Source of the DNA: a virus
Lineage: Duplodnaviria; Caudoviricetes
Length of the DNA stretch: 64,000 nt
Direction: 5' to 3' (one strand)
IMG/VR virus record: IMGVR_UViG_3300042358_000005
Location: 1-64,000 of that record
Shown: positions 26,970 through 37,268 of the stretch, piece by piece
Position numbering within the stretch: the stretch's first letter is position 1
How the letters are laid out: each line of letters starts with the position of its first letter
Notes under the pieces: generated by a model
The model's input: only the letters and a program-made list of their open reading frames with translations
Databases searched by the model: none
Told to the model about the DNA's origin: nothing
Program-made: the position numbers and the translations under genes

Positions 26970-27938
26970 ATGGCTAATTGCTCTAAAATAAATAATACAA
27001 CAATAATAGGAACGAGTGCTGTTACATATGATAGCACTCAACTTCCTTGTACAGATATAAAAACTTGTGATGACTTAAATACGGTTCTTGCTAAGTTAGA
27101 TGCTGTTGTATGTAATGTTACAGCTAGTATAAATACGCTTACAGAAGATATAACAAATATCACTGAGGACATAATGATTATAGGAGAAGACATAATCAAT
27201 ATTAATAATCAACTTGCTATATGTTGTCCAACAACTACAACTACAAGTTCAACTAGTACATCAACTTCTACTACTACATCTACAACTACTATACCACCAA
27301 CTTCAACAACAACAAGTAGTAGTTCTACAAGTTCTACAAGTACATCTACAAGTACATCTACCAGCACATCAACATCAACCTCAACAAGCACATCTACTAG
27401 CACATCTACAACAACCACCACTGCAGCACCTACTACCACAACAACAACAACACTTTTATCTGCTTGTTATATAGTTGAAGGAATATGGGATGTTGATGAT
27501 CCAGCACATCCAGCTGGAGGATATGTAAATTATGTAGATCAATTTGGAAACAATCAATCTTTATCAGGTCTTTGGGTAATTGATAGTATTAATATAATAG
27601 CATCTTCAATAGGTACTCGTGAAGGAGTAACTATTACACCTTCTGACTGCTCAACCACAACTACTACTACTACATCTTTACCTCCTACTCCTTATCGTTG
27701 TATTAGATTAGATGGTTGTGATGGATTTGGGTACAGAGATATAGTTTATAATCCTTTATTTGAAACAGTAGGTCAAGTATTTCAATATTACATATATTCT
27801 GCCCCAAGTACCCTTCATTGTGGTACAGTGATAAATAATAATGTTATGTCAATTGCAGATTCAGCTATTGTAAATATCACTCCAACTACTTGTGGTGAAC
27901 CTACATTATGTGAAGTTCCAAATCCAACTCCACCATGA
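26970..27938 (+). CDS. Fibre-like paralog of 24747..26954 with a ~75-aa Thr/Ser tract
   Basis: Shared N-terminus (CDxLNxxLxKxD...DIININNQLxxCC). Confidence 0.7.
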   Translation: MANCSKINNTTIIGTSAVTYDSTQLPCTDIKTCDDLNTVLAKLDAVVCNVTASINTLTEDITNITEDIMIIGEDIININNQLAICCPTTTTTSSTSTSTSTTTSTTTIPPTSTTTSSSSTSSTSTSTSTSTSTSTSTSTSTSTSTSTTTTTAAPTTTTTTTLLSACYIVEGIWDVDDPAHPAGGYVNYVDQFGNNQSLSGLWVIDSINIIASSIGTREGVTITPSDCSTTTTTTTSLPPTPYRCIRLDGCDGFGYRDIVYNPLFETVGQVFQYYIYSAPSTLHCGTVINNNVMSIADSAIVNITPTTCGEPTLCEVPNPTPP

Positions 27939-27981
27939 TTTATATAAACTAATAATAAACCAATAACTAAAATTTAAACTA

Positions 27982-28467
27982 ATGACAGTATTAATAACAT
28001 TAACAGTTGCTGGGGCTGATTCAGGCCCCTTCAATCTGTACTCAAATGTAAATGGATATACTCCAGCATTTGAAACAGGAGTATCTAAATCAGCATTGCT
28101 TGCAGGATATTCTTCTGCACTAGTGCCTGATTACACAACTATTATAAGAATAGTCTCTACAGGAGATTGTACAAATTATATTGACATAACATTAACATCA
28201 ACAACAACTACTACCACTACAATTGTACCAACTACTACTACTACTACTACTACCAGTTCCCCTGTTATAGCATGTGCACAATATACTGTTGGTACTACTT
28301 CAGGAACAGGACAAACTTTTACTTATACTGATTGTGAGGGGTTACCTCAATCAGATACTGTAGGTGGGGCATCAGGATTTGATTCTCGAACATTTTGTGC
28401 TCAATTAAATTCAGTGATAGGTACAGGAGAAACTACAACAATATATGATGGACCTTGTCTAACTTAA
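27982..28467 (+). CDS. Small two-domain structural protein (GPFN domain, poly-Thr, Cys module)
   Basis: Visible in the translation; N-domain paralogous to the start of 38809..39675. Confidence 0.65.
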   Translation: MTVLITLTVAGADSGPFNLYSNVNGYTPAFETGVSKSALLAGYSSALVPDYTTIIRIVSTGDCTNYIDITLTSTTTTTTTIVPTTTTTTTTSSPVIACAQYTVGTTSGTGQTFTYTDCEGLPQSDTVGGASGFDSRTFCAQLNSVIGTGETTTIYDGPCLT

Positions 28468-28513
28468 TTTAAAAATTAATAAAAAACCTTGTTTTGTTGG
28501 TTTTACAAGGTTT

Positions 28514-28547
28514 CTCCTCAAGACTTTTCTTGGGGAGTTTTTGTTTT
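28514..28547 (+). terminator. Intrinsic terminator
   Basis: CTCCTCAAGA-CTTT-TCTTGGGGAG-TTTTTGTTTT; preceded by a second hairpin AAACCTTGT/ACAAGGTTT. Confidence 0.85.
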
Positions 28548-28624
28548 ATAACCAATTTGATTATAAATAATAACGTTTTTAATTAAAATTATTTGGAATA
28601 TATAAAAACTATTGTTTATCTTTA
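28546..28624 (+). promoter_or_regulatory. Dyad operator plus host-type promoter
   Basis: TTATAACCAATTTGATTATAA - 25 nt - TTTG - 21 nt - TATCTTTA. Confidence 0.6.
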
Positions 28625-28651
28625 CGATATTTTTAACTAATATAGATACAT

Positions 28652-29866
28652 ATGTCTGAAAATCAAAGCTTGTTATATCAATTAGAAGAGTTACTAACGC
28701 AGAAGAAAAGTAAGAAATTCTATGCAGAGAAATTAGGAATAAGTGAATATGAAGTGAATGAGCTCATGAAGGAGCTTAAAGAAAAAGATACAGAACCTGC
28801 AGTAAGAAATTATACAGAAGAACGTAAAGTGAATGTTGAAAGAGGTACAATAGAAAGTACAATCATATCAGACTTTAATCCTAAAGATGATATTGAACTA
28901 GCTAAGCTGCACAAGATAAACTTAGATAAATACATCATTACCAACTACTGGTCTAAGATGTTACCAAGTGGAAACTTCACTTCATCAGTTTTCTCAAAGA
29001 AGAAAGAAGCTAAAGACTACTCTCCTGAAGACTTTGTTAAGTTTTTAGAAAACTACAAACCAAATAATATATCAATTACCAAGGTAGATCGTACTAATAG
29101 TAAAGACTATGTAGATGTAGAAATATCTATATCTGATTTCCATTTAGCTAAGAGATGTGTAGATGGTGATAATAGTCCTGAAGATAGAGCTTTAAGATAT
29201 TTTAATGTGGCTCAGTCTTTGATTAACAAAGTTGAAGCTAATTACAATGTAAACACTGTAGTGTTGCCTATATCGAATGATTTCTTTCATACTGATAACT
29301 ATCAAAACCAAACTACACAAGGTACACCACAAGATACAATAATGGAATATCATTCAGAATATGAATTAGGATTCTCTGTTCTTGTAGATACAATCAATAT
29401 GTTAAGACAACATTCTAGCACTGTGCAGGTGATCCTTGTACAAGGTAATCATGACAGAACTAAGTCTTTTTATTTAGCTCATGCATTAGATGTATACTTC
29501 AGTGATGCACTTGATGTAGAATTTATAAGAGAGCATTCAGTTATTAAAGGAATCACATTGGGTAATACATTCATTGGTTGGCATCATGGTAACTGTAAGT
29601 TAGATGATCTTCCATTATTATTTGCAACACATCCTAAATACAGTCAAGCATTTGGTAATGCTAAATACAGAGAGGTACATACAGGTGATAAACATCACTA
29701 TATGGCTAAAGAGGTTAAGGGAGTAAGAATACAACAAATGCCTAGTTTATCAGGAACTGATAGATGGCACTTAGATAATAACTTCGTACACTCAGTACGA
29801 GCAGCTCTTGCTTTAGTCTATGATCTTAATCTAGGTAAGATAGCAGAGTTTGAAACTCGAATATAA
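28652..29866 (+). CDS. Calcineurin-like metallophosphoesterase with N-terminal HTH
   Basis: SDFH, NDFFH, GNHD, HHG and HTGDKHH motifs; FYAEKLGISEYEV HTH. Confidence 0.85.
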   Translation: MSENQSLLYQLEELLTQKKSKKFYAEKLGISEYEVNELMKELKEKDTEPAVRNYTEERKVNVERGTIESTIISDFNPKDDIELAKLHKINLDKYIITNYWSKMLPSGNFTSSVFSKKKEAKDYSPEDFVKFLENYKPNNISITKVDRTNSKDYVDVEISISDFHLAKRCVDGDNSPEDRALRYFNVAQSLINKVEANYNVNTVVLPISNDFFHTDNYQNQTTQGTPQDTIMEYHSEYELGFSVLVDTINMLRQHSSTVQVILVQGNHDRTKSFYLAHALDVYFSDALDVEFIREHSVIKGITLGNTFIGWHHGNCKLDDLPLLFATHPKYSQAFGNAKYREVHTGDKHHYMAKEVKGVRIQQMPSLSGTDRWHLDNNFVHSVRAALALVYDLNLGKIAEFETRI

Positions 29867-29868
29867 TT

Positions 29869-30597
29869 ATGGCAACATTAAGAAAATTAGTCAGTGATGT
29901 TAGAAGTGTCCACAAGATACTTTCTACAGATAGTCTTATTACAGATAGAGCAATCGCATCTGAGATAAGAAACAACTCCTTGTTATTAATCAAGAGAGAA
30001 ACCAATCTTAGAAAGCTATGGGCTACTGATACATTATTCACCACTATTCCTTGTTTAGAGATGATAGAGGTATCTATTTCTGAATGTTGTAACTATGTTG
30101 ATCCTTGTTCTATAGCTAGAACTAAATTTAAACTCCCACGTATATCTGAAGGAAACTATCAGTATGTTATACAAGGAGTTTATTCTATTAATGCTATGAG
30201 TGGCCAAGGAAAGAAGTTAAAAGAAATATCTATCAATAGATACCTAAATCTTTTAAAGCTTCCTGTGATCAAGAAAGAAGAATACTTCTGGATATCTAAT
30301 GGATATTTATATGTAAACAATCCTTTACTTAGAGCTATTAGATTTGTAGCATTCTTTGAAGAAGATGTACACAATGATATTATGTATCCAGAATGTGGAT
30401 GTGGATCTCCTGAGTATACAACTGAACAAATATGTATTAACCCATTAGATAAAGAGTTTGCTCTTCCTGGATACCTAGAACAACAAGTGCTACAACTTAC
30501 ATCACAAAAATTATTATCTACTTATTTCAATATTAAAACTGATACCAGTCAAGAAGGTATAGATGGTCAAGCACCAAACTCAAAACCAACTAATTAA
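29869..30597 (+). CDS. Putative tail ring protein
   Basis: Position in the tail module; NGYLYV...FEE pattern. Confidence 0.55.
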   Translation: MATLRKLVSDVRSVHKILSTDSLITDRAIASEIRNNSLLLIKRETNLRKLWATDTLFTTIPCLEMIEVSISECCNYVDPCSIARTKFKLPRISEGNYQYVIQGVYSINAMSGQGKKLKEISINRYLNLLKLPVIKKEEYFWISNGYLYVNNPLLRAIRFVAFFEEDVHNDIMYPECGCGSPEYTTEQICINPLDKEFALPGYLEQQVLQLTSQKLLSTYFNIKTDTSQEGIDGQAPNSKPTN

Positions 30598-31073
30598 TGA
30601 GAACAAAAATTGATTGGAGATCTTCTAGTAAAGACAACTATAATCAGTTTTGCAAAAGACACCCCTCTATAACTCTCACATATGATGAGTGGAGAAATAT
30701 AATCTACACTTATAATGAATTCTTCAAAGAGTATATTTTAGAGACAGGTGAGAAAGCAAAACTACCTTATGGATTTGGAGACTTCTCTATCAATAAAAAG
30801 AAACGAAGAAGAATAAAATTAGCTGATGGAAAAGAATTTGTTAACCTACCAATCGATTGGCAAAAGACTAAAGAGAAAGGAAAAGTTATTTATAACTTTA
30901 ATTATCATACAGAAGGTTACTTTTTTGGTTGGATGTGGTTTAAACCCTCAGCACGCTTTAAGAATTCTGACCTTTGGTATTTCAAACCTTCTAGATTAAC
31001 CTCAAGATTATTATCACATTACTTGAAAACCAGCGACAAGTATCAACACATTTATAACGAATGGAAAAAATAA
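30597..31073 (+). CDS. Second HU/IHF-like protein
   Basis: KLPYGFGDFSINKKK plus IDWQKTK...YNFNYHT; position before the tail tubular gene as in crAss-like phages. Confidence 0.7.
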   Translation: MRTKIDWRSSSKDNYNQFCKRHPSITLTYDEWRNIIYTYNEFFKEYILETGEKAKLPYGFGDFSINKKKRRRIKLADGKEFVNLPIDWQKTKEKGKVIYNFNYHTEGYFFGWMWFKPSARFKNSDLWYFKPSRLTSRLLSHYLKTSDKYQHIYNEWKK

Positions 31074-31076
31074 ATT

Positions 31077-32051
31077 ATGTCGTATTATTATAAATATGCT
31101 TTCATTAGCCCAGAACCTGTCTACTCAACTGTTAAAGAAGAATTAAAATCTTATTTTGATACAGGTGCTGTGGATGATCTTTTATTCCCTACTTACTTAG
31201 ATAAAGCTCTAAAGAAGTTAGGTAGAACAACCTATGTAATTACAGATGAAGTTTTATTTATTGAAGACTTCCAAGCTAGACTTCCTGATAACTTTTATGC
31301 TGTTAGAGAAGCATGGATGACTACAGAAGTGGCTAGTTATCCTTATCAATCAGCTAATTCATTTTATTCACAAGCAGCTAGTGCAACCACTATTCAAGTT
31401 GCTCCTTTAACCATTGGAGGAACTCCTTGTAATAATCCTGGATGTCAAACTCCACAATGTGATGGTACATGCATGCCTGTGTTAGTACAAGCTGTGTATA
31501 AGACTAATAATAGTGTAGCAAGAGGATTTACTCATGACTACTTACTTAAGCCTGGAAACATCTCTGCAAGACAAAACTGTGGAGTGGAATATACAAACAA
31601 TTGGGAAATGTATTCTGAAGCTCCTCCTATTCATGAATTCACACCTGGCTCTGCTAGTTATGACTCATTTGATATACGAGATAATAAGTTTGTAACTAAT
31701 TTTAGAAATGGTGTTGTACATTTAATATTCTATGCTACAGAGTATGATGAAATAGGTAATCAATTGATTCCTGACAACTATCGTATTAGAGAATATGTAG
31801 AGGCATTCCTTAAGTTTAAAGTATTTGAAATGCTTACAAATCAAACTAATGATGAAACTTTTAATCAGTTGCAACAGAAGTTAATCTATCACAAACAAGC
31901 ATATGAAGAAGCTTTCATTATGGCTAGTATTGAGATTAAGAAACAAACTCCTTGGGAGAAGCAAAGAAGGATCAAGAATGATCTTAATAGATTTAATATG
32001 TATGAACTTCCTAACCGCACAAATAGAGGTGGTAGAAGACGTAATAACTAA
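31077..32051 (+). CDS. Tail tubular/ring protein (P22 gp4-like position)
   Basis: ARLPDNFY, TNFRNGVVHLIFYA, LIPDN motifs; directly precedes the stabilisation gene. Confidence 0.65.
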   Translation: MSYYYKYAFISPEPVYSTVKEELKSYFDTGAVDDLLFPTYLDKALKKLGRTTYVITDEVLFIEDFQARLPDNFYAVREAWMTTEVASYPYQSANSFYSQAASATTIQVAPLTIGGTPCNNPGCQTPQCDGTCMPVLVQAVYKTNNSVARGFTHDYLLKPGNISARQNCGVEYTNNWEMYSEAPPIHEFTPGSASYDSFDIRDNKFVTNFRNGVVHLIFYATEYDEIGNQLIPDNYRIREYVEAFLKFKVFEMLTNQTNDETFNQLQQKLIYHKQAYEEAFIMASIEIKKQTPWEKQRRIKNDLNRFNMYELPNRTNRGGRRRNN

Positions 32052-32056
32052 TAACT

Positions 32057-35000
32057 ATGGCAGACGAGTTAGATAAAATAAAACAAATACTTGGTGGAGA
32101 TCAAAGTAATATTAAATTAGAGCCTAATTTTGGAGCTATTGGTTTAAATATGGATCAAACTTTGAATCAGATTAAACCTGGTACATTGACCTATGCATTA
32201 AATGCTGCTTTAGAAAACTTTGATGCTAGTTCTGTTAATTATCAGAACGAACAAGGTAATGAATTCTGTTTACAGTTTCCTTCAGGGTATTCTTTGATAG
32301 GAACTTATTTTATTAATGAAAAGAACAAACATATATTCTTTATAGTAAATTCTGATATAGGAATGAGCCAGATTGGATATATGGATAATAATGATTGTAA
32401 TTATGTTACATTAGTAGAATCAGCATGTCTTAACTTTGACATTAATCATCCAATACATAAAGTGGTACATAAGATTACCAATTGTAAAACTGAGATATAT
32501 TGGACAGATGGATACAACTCAAGAAGATATTTAGATATAGAGAACATTCCATATACACTAGCATATGATTCAGATCTATGTGATCCTACATATACAGATC
32601 AATTAGATTGTAATCAATTAAAAATACAACCTAATTTTAATATCCCTGAACTTGAAATAACAAATATTTATAATGGTGGGGATCTTACTTCTGGTACATA
32701 TCAGTTTGCTATACAATATTGTGATGCATCAGGTAATGCTTATACATCATACTACTCTGTTACTAATCCTACACCTATTGCTGACACACAATTAACAACT
32801 GCCATCTTTGATTATAAGGTTGGTAAATCTATTGAAGTGACAGTTAATAACTTAGATATTACAGGATTATATTTATACTATAATATAGCTGTAATCAAAA
32901 CAATAAATAATATCACTAGTATAGAACTAGTAGGTACATATTCAATTGAAAATCAAGTTGACGTAGTAACATATACTGGACAAAATAATACACTGATTAA
33001 TCTAACTGCTTTAGATATATTTGAAAAATATCCATATTATGATATTGCTCAAGATTTGACTACTGCTCAAGATGTAATCATGTGGGACAACCTTACGTCT
33101 ATAGATAGAATAAACTATCAAGAGATAGCTTCTAAAATAGAGTTGTTATGGGAAACATATAGAATCCCTTCTAATGAAAACTATGCTGATGAATTAAATG
33201 CTACAAACCTACGTGGTTATCTACGTGATGAGGTGTATGCATTTGAAATAGTATTCTTATTAAAGAATGGAAAACAAACAGATGGCTTTCATATTCCTGG
33301 AAGAACATTAACATATGATGATTTACAATATCCAGATATCCCTACTACAAATGCTGACTTTATAGGTGAGCCTGATTATGTTGATCCTACATCAGGAGTT
33401 GGATATAGCCCTTATTGGAAAATATATAATACAGCTTCTGTCCTAGGACAAGCTACAGGAAATCCAATTGGTAATGCTACACCACATGAATATGGTGAAT
33501 TTGCTTATTGGGAATCTATAGAAACATATCCTTGTAATATAGATGTATGGGGAGATCTTGCAGGACAACAGATCAGACATCATAAATTTCCTGATGTACT
33601 CGTTAGTCCTATATTTGAAAATCCTATATATGCTTTAACTCCTGGTTTCCAACCAGAGATGCAAAGTGATGCTGTATTCCCATTAGGAGTGAAAGTTGAT
33701 ATATCACAAATTCAATCTTTGATCTCAAACTCTTCTATTGCACAAGATCAGAAAGATAACATTGCTGGATTTAAAATAGTAAGAGGTAATAGAAATACAA
33801 ATAAATCTATTGTAGCTAAAGGGATGCTTCGTAATGTAGCAACTTATCAAAGACAAGAACAAACTCTTTATTATCCAAACTACCCATATAATGATCTTAA
33901 TGAAGATCCATTTTTGAATGCAACAACTAATGCATATGATTCATTAGGACAATCTCAAGTTTGGATAGTTCAATGTAAAGAAACAGGTACATATGAATAT
34001 ACAGATACAGTTACTGGTAAGTTAGTAAGTTGTATTCCTATGAAAGCTGGTGAAAATTATGAATTTTGTTCTTTGACTAGACCAAAATATTTAACTGGTA
34101 AAGCATGTATAGGTCCTGGAAATTATGATGTTATTGTTTTTGATTATAGTATATGTACAGATGCATATTTATTAAGAGCAGATAGTGAATGGACATGTGA
34201 TAATTCTGCATTAACTACAGTAAAATTTGGAACTGTTCCATTTTGTTCATTTGCATGTAATTTATGTTCATTAAATACATGTGGTATTTTTATTGATAAA
34301 ATATCTATAGGTGAATGGCCTTATTATGAAGATGCAGATGGATATGTTGGAAGTGCAGAAGCTGTATGTAGAAGAGAAGAACCATGGCCTCTTCGATTAG
34401 CACTTGGTGAACTTCCTCCATATGATTCAAGATCTTGTATAAATTTTAGTAGAAGATCCCCATTGAATGATACCTGTGGATTAGCTAAATCATTACCAGC
34501 TATTACAAGTGAAAGTTCTAGATATAGACAAGTGTTCAATTCTCCAGATACATCTTTCTCACAACCTTTCTTAGGAGATATTCTTAAATTAGAGAATGTA
34601 ATGTTTGGTGGAGGAAAAGCACATTTTGTTCCAGTGAAAGGAAATGCTAAATATAGACTTCTTTCTAGACAAGCTCAAGAAGATGCATTAGATAGTTCAT
34701 TTGCTCTTGTTGTAGGTTCTGGTGATATGACAGCTGTATTTACAGCTTACCAAGCATATTTAACTATTTATGTAAATGGTATTACAAGAAAGAACTATGC
34801 TCAGTCATTTAACTCTATTGCTAGTTATGACTATTCTGCAGATATAGGTAATAACATTACATCTAATGGTGTAGTTGGTATTAAACAAAGACAATTAGAT
34901 ATTCAAACATATTTAATACCAGGTGTATTAAATGTAGGTGATGATAAAAATATTAATAACTATCAAAGAGAGTCATCTATCTATACAAAGACTATAGATA

Positions 35001-37264
35001 AATATGCTCCTCTTCCATTCCCTAATCAAACAGCATCACTTATTGATTCTAATAATGTGCCATTAATATCAGAAAACTCTAGATTTGTTATTGGTGGTCC
35101 AAACTATTGTACTGCAAGTGTAGCTGATAAGAAAGACAACTATTGTAACATTCCTGAGAAGGAACAAGACATTAGTGTTATTTCATATTATGCATCATTA
35201 AAAAATATATTTTTAAATCAATGGGGCCAAATGTATTCTTACGAGACTGTTGATACAGGATTCCAAAGAATGTTTAATATAAGTTCTTATTCTGATGATG
35301 TAGTATTTGGTGGAGATACATTTATAAATAAGTTTGCATATAAGACAAAACTTCCTTTCTTCTTGGATAATAGAGTGAACGGATTAGATGATAGTGATAT
35401 ATTCTATGATGAGATTGGCAATGTAGCCTATCCAAAATTCTGGCACTCTGCTAGATCTATTCTATATACATATACGAATATGATAAACATTATATCAATT
35501 AAAGCTCACAACTTTGATTGCTACAATGATCCTGCAGCTATTCCAAAAAGTAGTGATCCTGCAGCTGGTACATATAGAACTTTCTATGATGGATTCTTTT
35601 ATTTATTTGCATATGGTGTACCTAACTTCTATTGTGAATCTAATTATAATGTAGATATACGTCAAGCATTTAATGATAGAGAAGGTGATTTCTGGCCACA
35701 TGTATCAACTGGTATTCCAGATGATTGGGTACAAGAAGAGTTTACATCTATTGCATATGATAATACATATCATTACAATGTAACATTCTCTAAACAGAAC
35801 AAAGAGAATTATTTCTCACATTTACCAGCAGACTGGACATCAGATTTATGTTTTACATATTACCCATTTAGAGTGGTGTATTCTGATCCTCAAGTTAACA
35901 ATGCTGATGTAAGAGTTAATAACTGGTTAAGCTATTCTCCATTATCATTATATGACTTTCCACAGAATTATGGAAACCTTGTATCATTAGATGGTATTCA
36001 GAATAAAGCTGTGTTAGCTAGATTTGAGAACAAGTCATTGTTATATAATAAATTATTAACAATGAATACAAGTAATCCTCAAGCAGCTTATTTAGGTAAC
36101 CCTTCTTTATTTGCAGGAGCACCTCCTATTGATTTTGCTGAAACAGATCTTGGATATGTAGGAAGTCAGAATAAGTTTTTATTAAAGATTCCACAAGGAC
36201 AAGTAACAGTAGATGCTAAAAGAGGACAAATCTTTTTACTTACAAATGAAGGAGCTAATGAGATTTCAGGATTTGGATCTGGTGTAAATAGATTTATGAC
36301 AGACCATTTATCTTTTGAGATATCTAGATATTTCCCAACACATCAAGAAACCATAGATGGTAAAACAATTACTATTCCAGGAGTAGATACAGATAATAAT
36401 TATAATGGTATTGGATTACATGGTGTATATGATAGTAAGTTTGAAAGAGTTATAATTACAAAACTAGATTATATTCCTATTGATAAAGATGTGAAGTATG
36501 ATCCTATAACTAAAGAGTTCTATGTTGAAAAAGTTGTGTATGTTGTAATTCCTACAACAACAAGTACAACAACTATTTATACACCTACAACAAGCACTAC
36601 GTCTAGTTCAACTAGTTCTACTACTACATCAACATCTACCTCTACTAGTACAACAACTAGTACTACAACACTATATCCATTTCCATTAGTTACAATTTGT
36701 GATCAAACTTGGATAGCAAAAAATCTAGATGTTACTCATTATAGAAATGGGGATGTTATTCCACAAGCAACAACACAATCGCAAATGCTTGCATACGGAT
36801 TTTCACAAATAGGATGTTGGTCTTATGCAGCTTACAATACAGCTAATGGTACCGTTTATGGTAAATTATATAATTGGTATGCAGTGAATGATTCAAGAGG
36901 CTTAGCTCCATTAGGATATCATGTACCTACTATTAATGAATGGACAACATTAATTAATTGTTTAGGAGGTAACTCTGTTGCTGGAGGTAAAATAAAAGAA
37001 GTTGGTACAGCACATTGGACTAGCCCTAATACAGGTGCTACAAATGAATCTGGCTTTACAGCTTTAGGAGCAGGATTAAATCCTAGTTCAGGAACAGTAA
37101 CTTATCCACCTTCAAATATAAATTACTTTACATATTTTTGGACAGCTACATCAGTTAATAGTAGTACTGCTAATAATGTATTTTTTAGATTTAGCGATGG
37201 TACAGCAAATCCAACATCTGGTGAAAAAACAACAGCCTATTCTGTTCGTTTAATAAAAAATTAA
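32057..37264 (+). CDS. Tail stabilisation/muzzle protein, N-terminal part, with appended poly-Thr and Fib_succ_major domain
   Basis: GLNMD..YALNA..NEQGN, IYWTDG, GTYQFAIQY, FGGDTFI, VDAKRGQIF; C-terminal WIAKNLDV..YGKLYNWYAV..GYHVPT..SVRLIK. Confidence 0.75.
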   Translation: MADELDKIKQILGGDQSNIKLEPNFGAIGLNMDQTLNQIKPGTLTYALNAALENFDASSVNYQNEQGNEFCLQFPSGYSLIGTYFINEKNKHIFFIVNSDIGMSQIGYMDNNDCNYVTLVESACLNFDINHPIHKVVHKITNCKTEIYWTDGYNSRRYLDIENIPYTLAYDSDLCDPTYTDQLDCNQLKIQPNFNIPELEITNIYNGGDLTSGTYQFAIQYCDASGNAYTSYYSVTNPTPIADTQLTTAIFDYKVGKSIEVTVNNLDITGLYLYYNIAVIKTINNITSIELVGTYSIENQVDVVTYTGQNNTLINLTALDIFEKYPYYDIAQDLTTAQDVIMWDNLTSIDRINYQEIASKIELLWETYRIPSNENYADELNATNLRGYLRDEVYAFEIVFLLKNGKQTDGFHIPGRTLTYDDLQYPDIPTTNADFIGEPDYVDPTSGVGYSPYWKIYNTASVLGQATGNPIGNATPHEYGEFAYWESIETYPCNIDVWGDLAGQQIRHHKFPDVLVSPIFENPIYALTPGFQPEMQSDAVFPLGVKVDISQIQSLISNSSIAQDQKDNIAGFKIVRGNRNTNKSIVAKGMLRNVATYQRQEQTLYYPNYPYNDLNEDPFLNATTNAYDSLGQSQVWIVQCKETGTYEYTDTVTGKLVSCIPMKAGENYEFCSLTRPKYLTGKACIGPGNYDVIVFDYSICTDAYLLRADSEWTCDNSALTTVKFGTVPFCSFACNLCSLNTCGIFIDKISIGEWPYYEDADGYVGSAEAVCRREEPWPLRLALGELPPYDSRSCINFSRRSPLNDTCGLAKSLPAITSESSRYRQVFNSPDTSFSQPFLGDILKLENVMFGGGKAHFVPVKGNAKYRLLSRQAQEDALDSSFALVVGSGDMTAVFTAYQAYLTIYVNGITRKNYAQSFNSIASYDYSADIGNNITSNGVVGIKQRQLDIQTYLIPGVLNVGDDKNINNYQRESSIYTKTIDKYAPLPFPNQTASLIDSNNVPLISENSRFVIGGPNYCTASVADKKDNYCNIPEKEQDISVISYYASLKNIFLNQWGQMYSYETVDTGFQRMFNISSYSDDVVFGGDTFINKFAYKTKLPFFLDNRVNGLDDSDIFYDEIGNVAYPKFWHSARSILYTYTNMINIISIKAHNFDCYNDPAAIPKSSDPAAGTYRTFYDGFFYLFAYGVPNFYCESNYNVDIRQAFNDREGDFWPHVSTGIPDDWVQEEFTSIAYDNTYHYNVTFSKQNKENYFSHLPADWTSDLCFTYYPFRVVYSDPQVNNADVRVNNWLSYSPLSLYDFPQNYGNLVSLDGIQNKAVLARFENKSLLYNKLLTMNTSNPQAAYLGNPSLFAGAPPIDFAETDLGYVGSQNKFLLKIPQGQVTVDAKRGQIFLLTNEGANEISGFGSGVNRFMTDHLSFEISRYFPTHQETIDGKTITIPGVDTDNNYNGIGLHGVYDSKFERVIITKLDYIPIDKDVKYDPITKEFYVEKVVYVVIPTTTSTTTIYTPTTSTTSSSTSSTTTSTSTSTSTTTSTTTLYPFPLVTICDQTWIAKNLDVTHYRNGDVIPQATTQSQMLAYGFSQIGCWSYAAYNTANGTVYGKLYNWYAVNDSRGLAPLGYHVPTINEWTTLINCLGGNSVAGGKIKEVGTAHWTSPNTGATNESGFTALGAGLNPSSGTVTYPPSNINYFTYFWTATSVNSSTANNVFFRFSDGTANPTSGEKTTAYSVRLIKN

Positions 37265-37268
37265 TATA

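Noticed and set aside
22860-27450. CRISPR array or DNA-level tandem repeats
   Set aside because: Repeats are degenerate Thr/Ser codon runs inside ORFs; there is no constant repeat-spacer structure
22694-27474. Val-rich minus-strand ORFs and the Gln/Leu-rich alternative-frame ORF over the Thr tracts
   Set aside because: Shadow frames of ACN repeats, with no independent initiation signals
36688-37264. Diversity-generating retroelement targeting the Fib_succ_major domains
   Set aside because: No reverse transcriptase and no near-identical TR/VR pair seen in the window; the two domains are highly diverged
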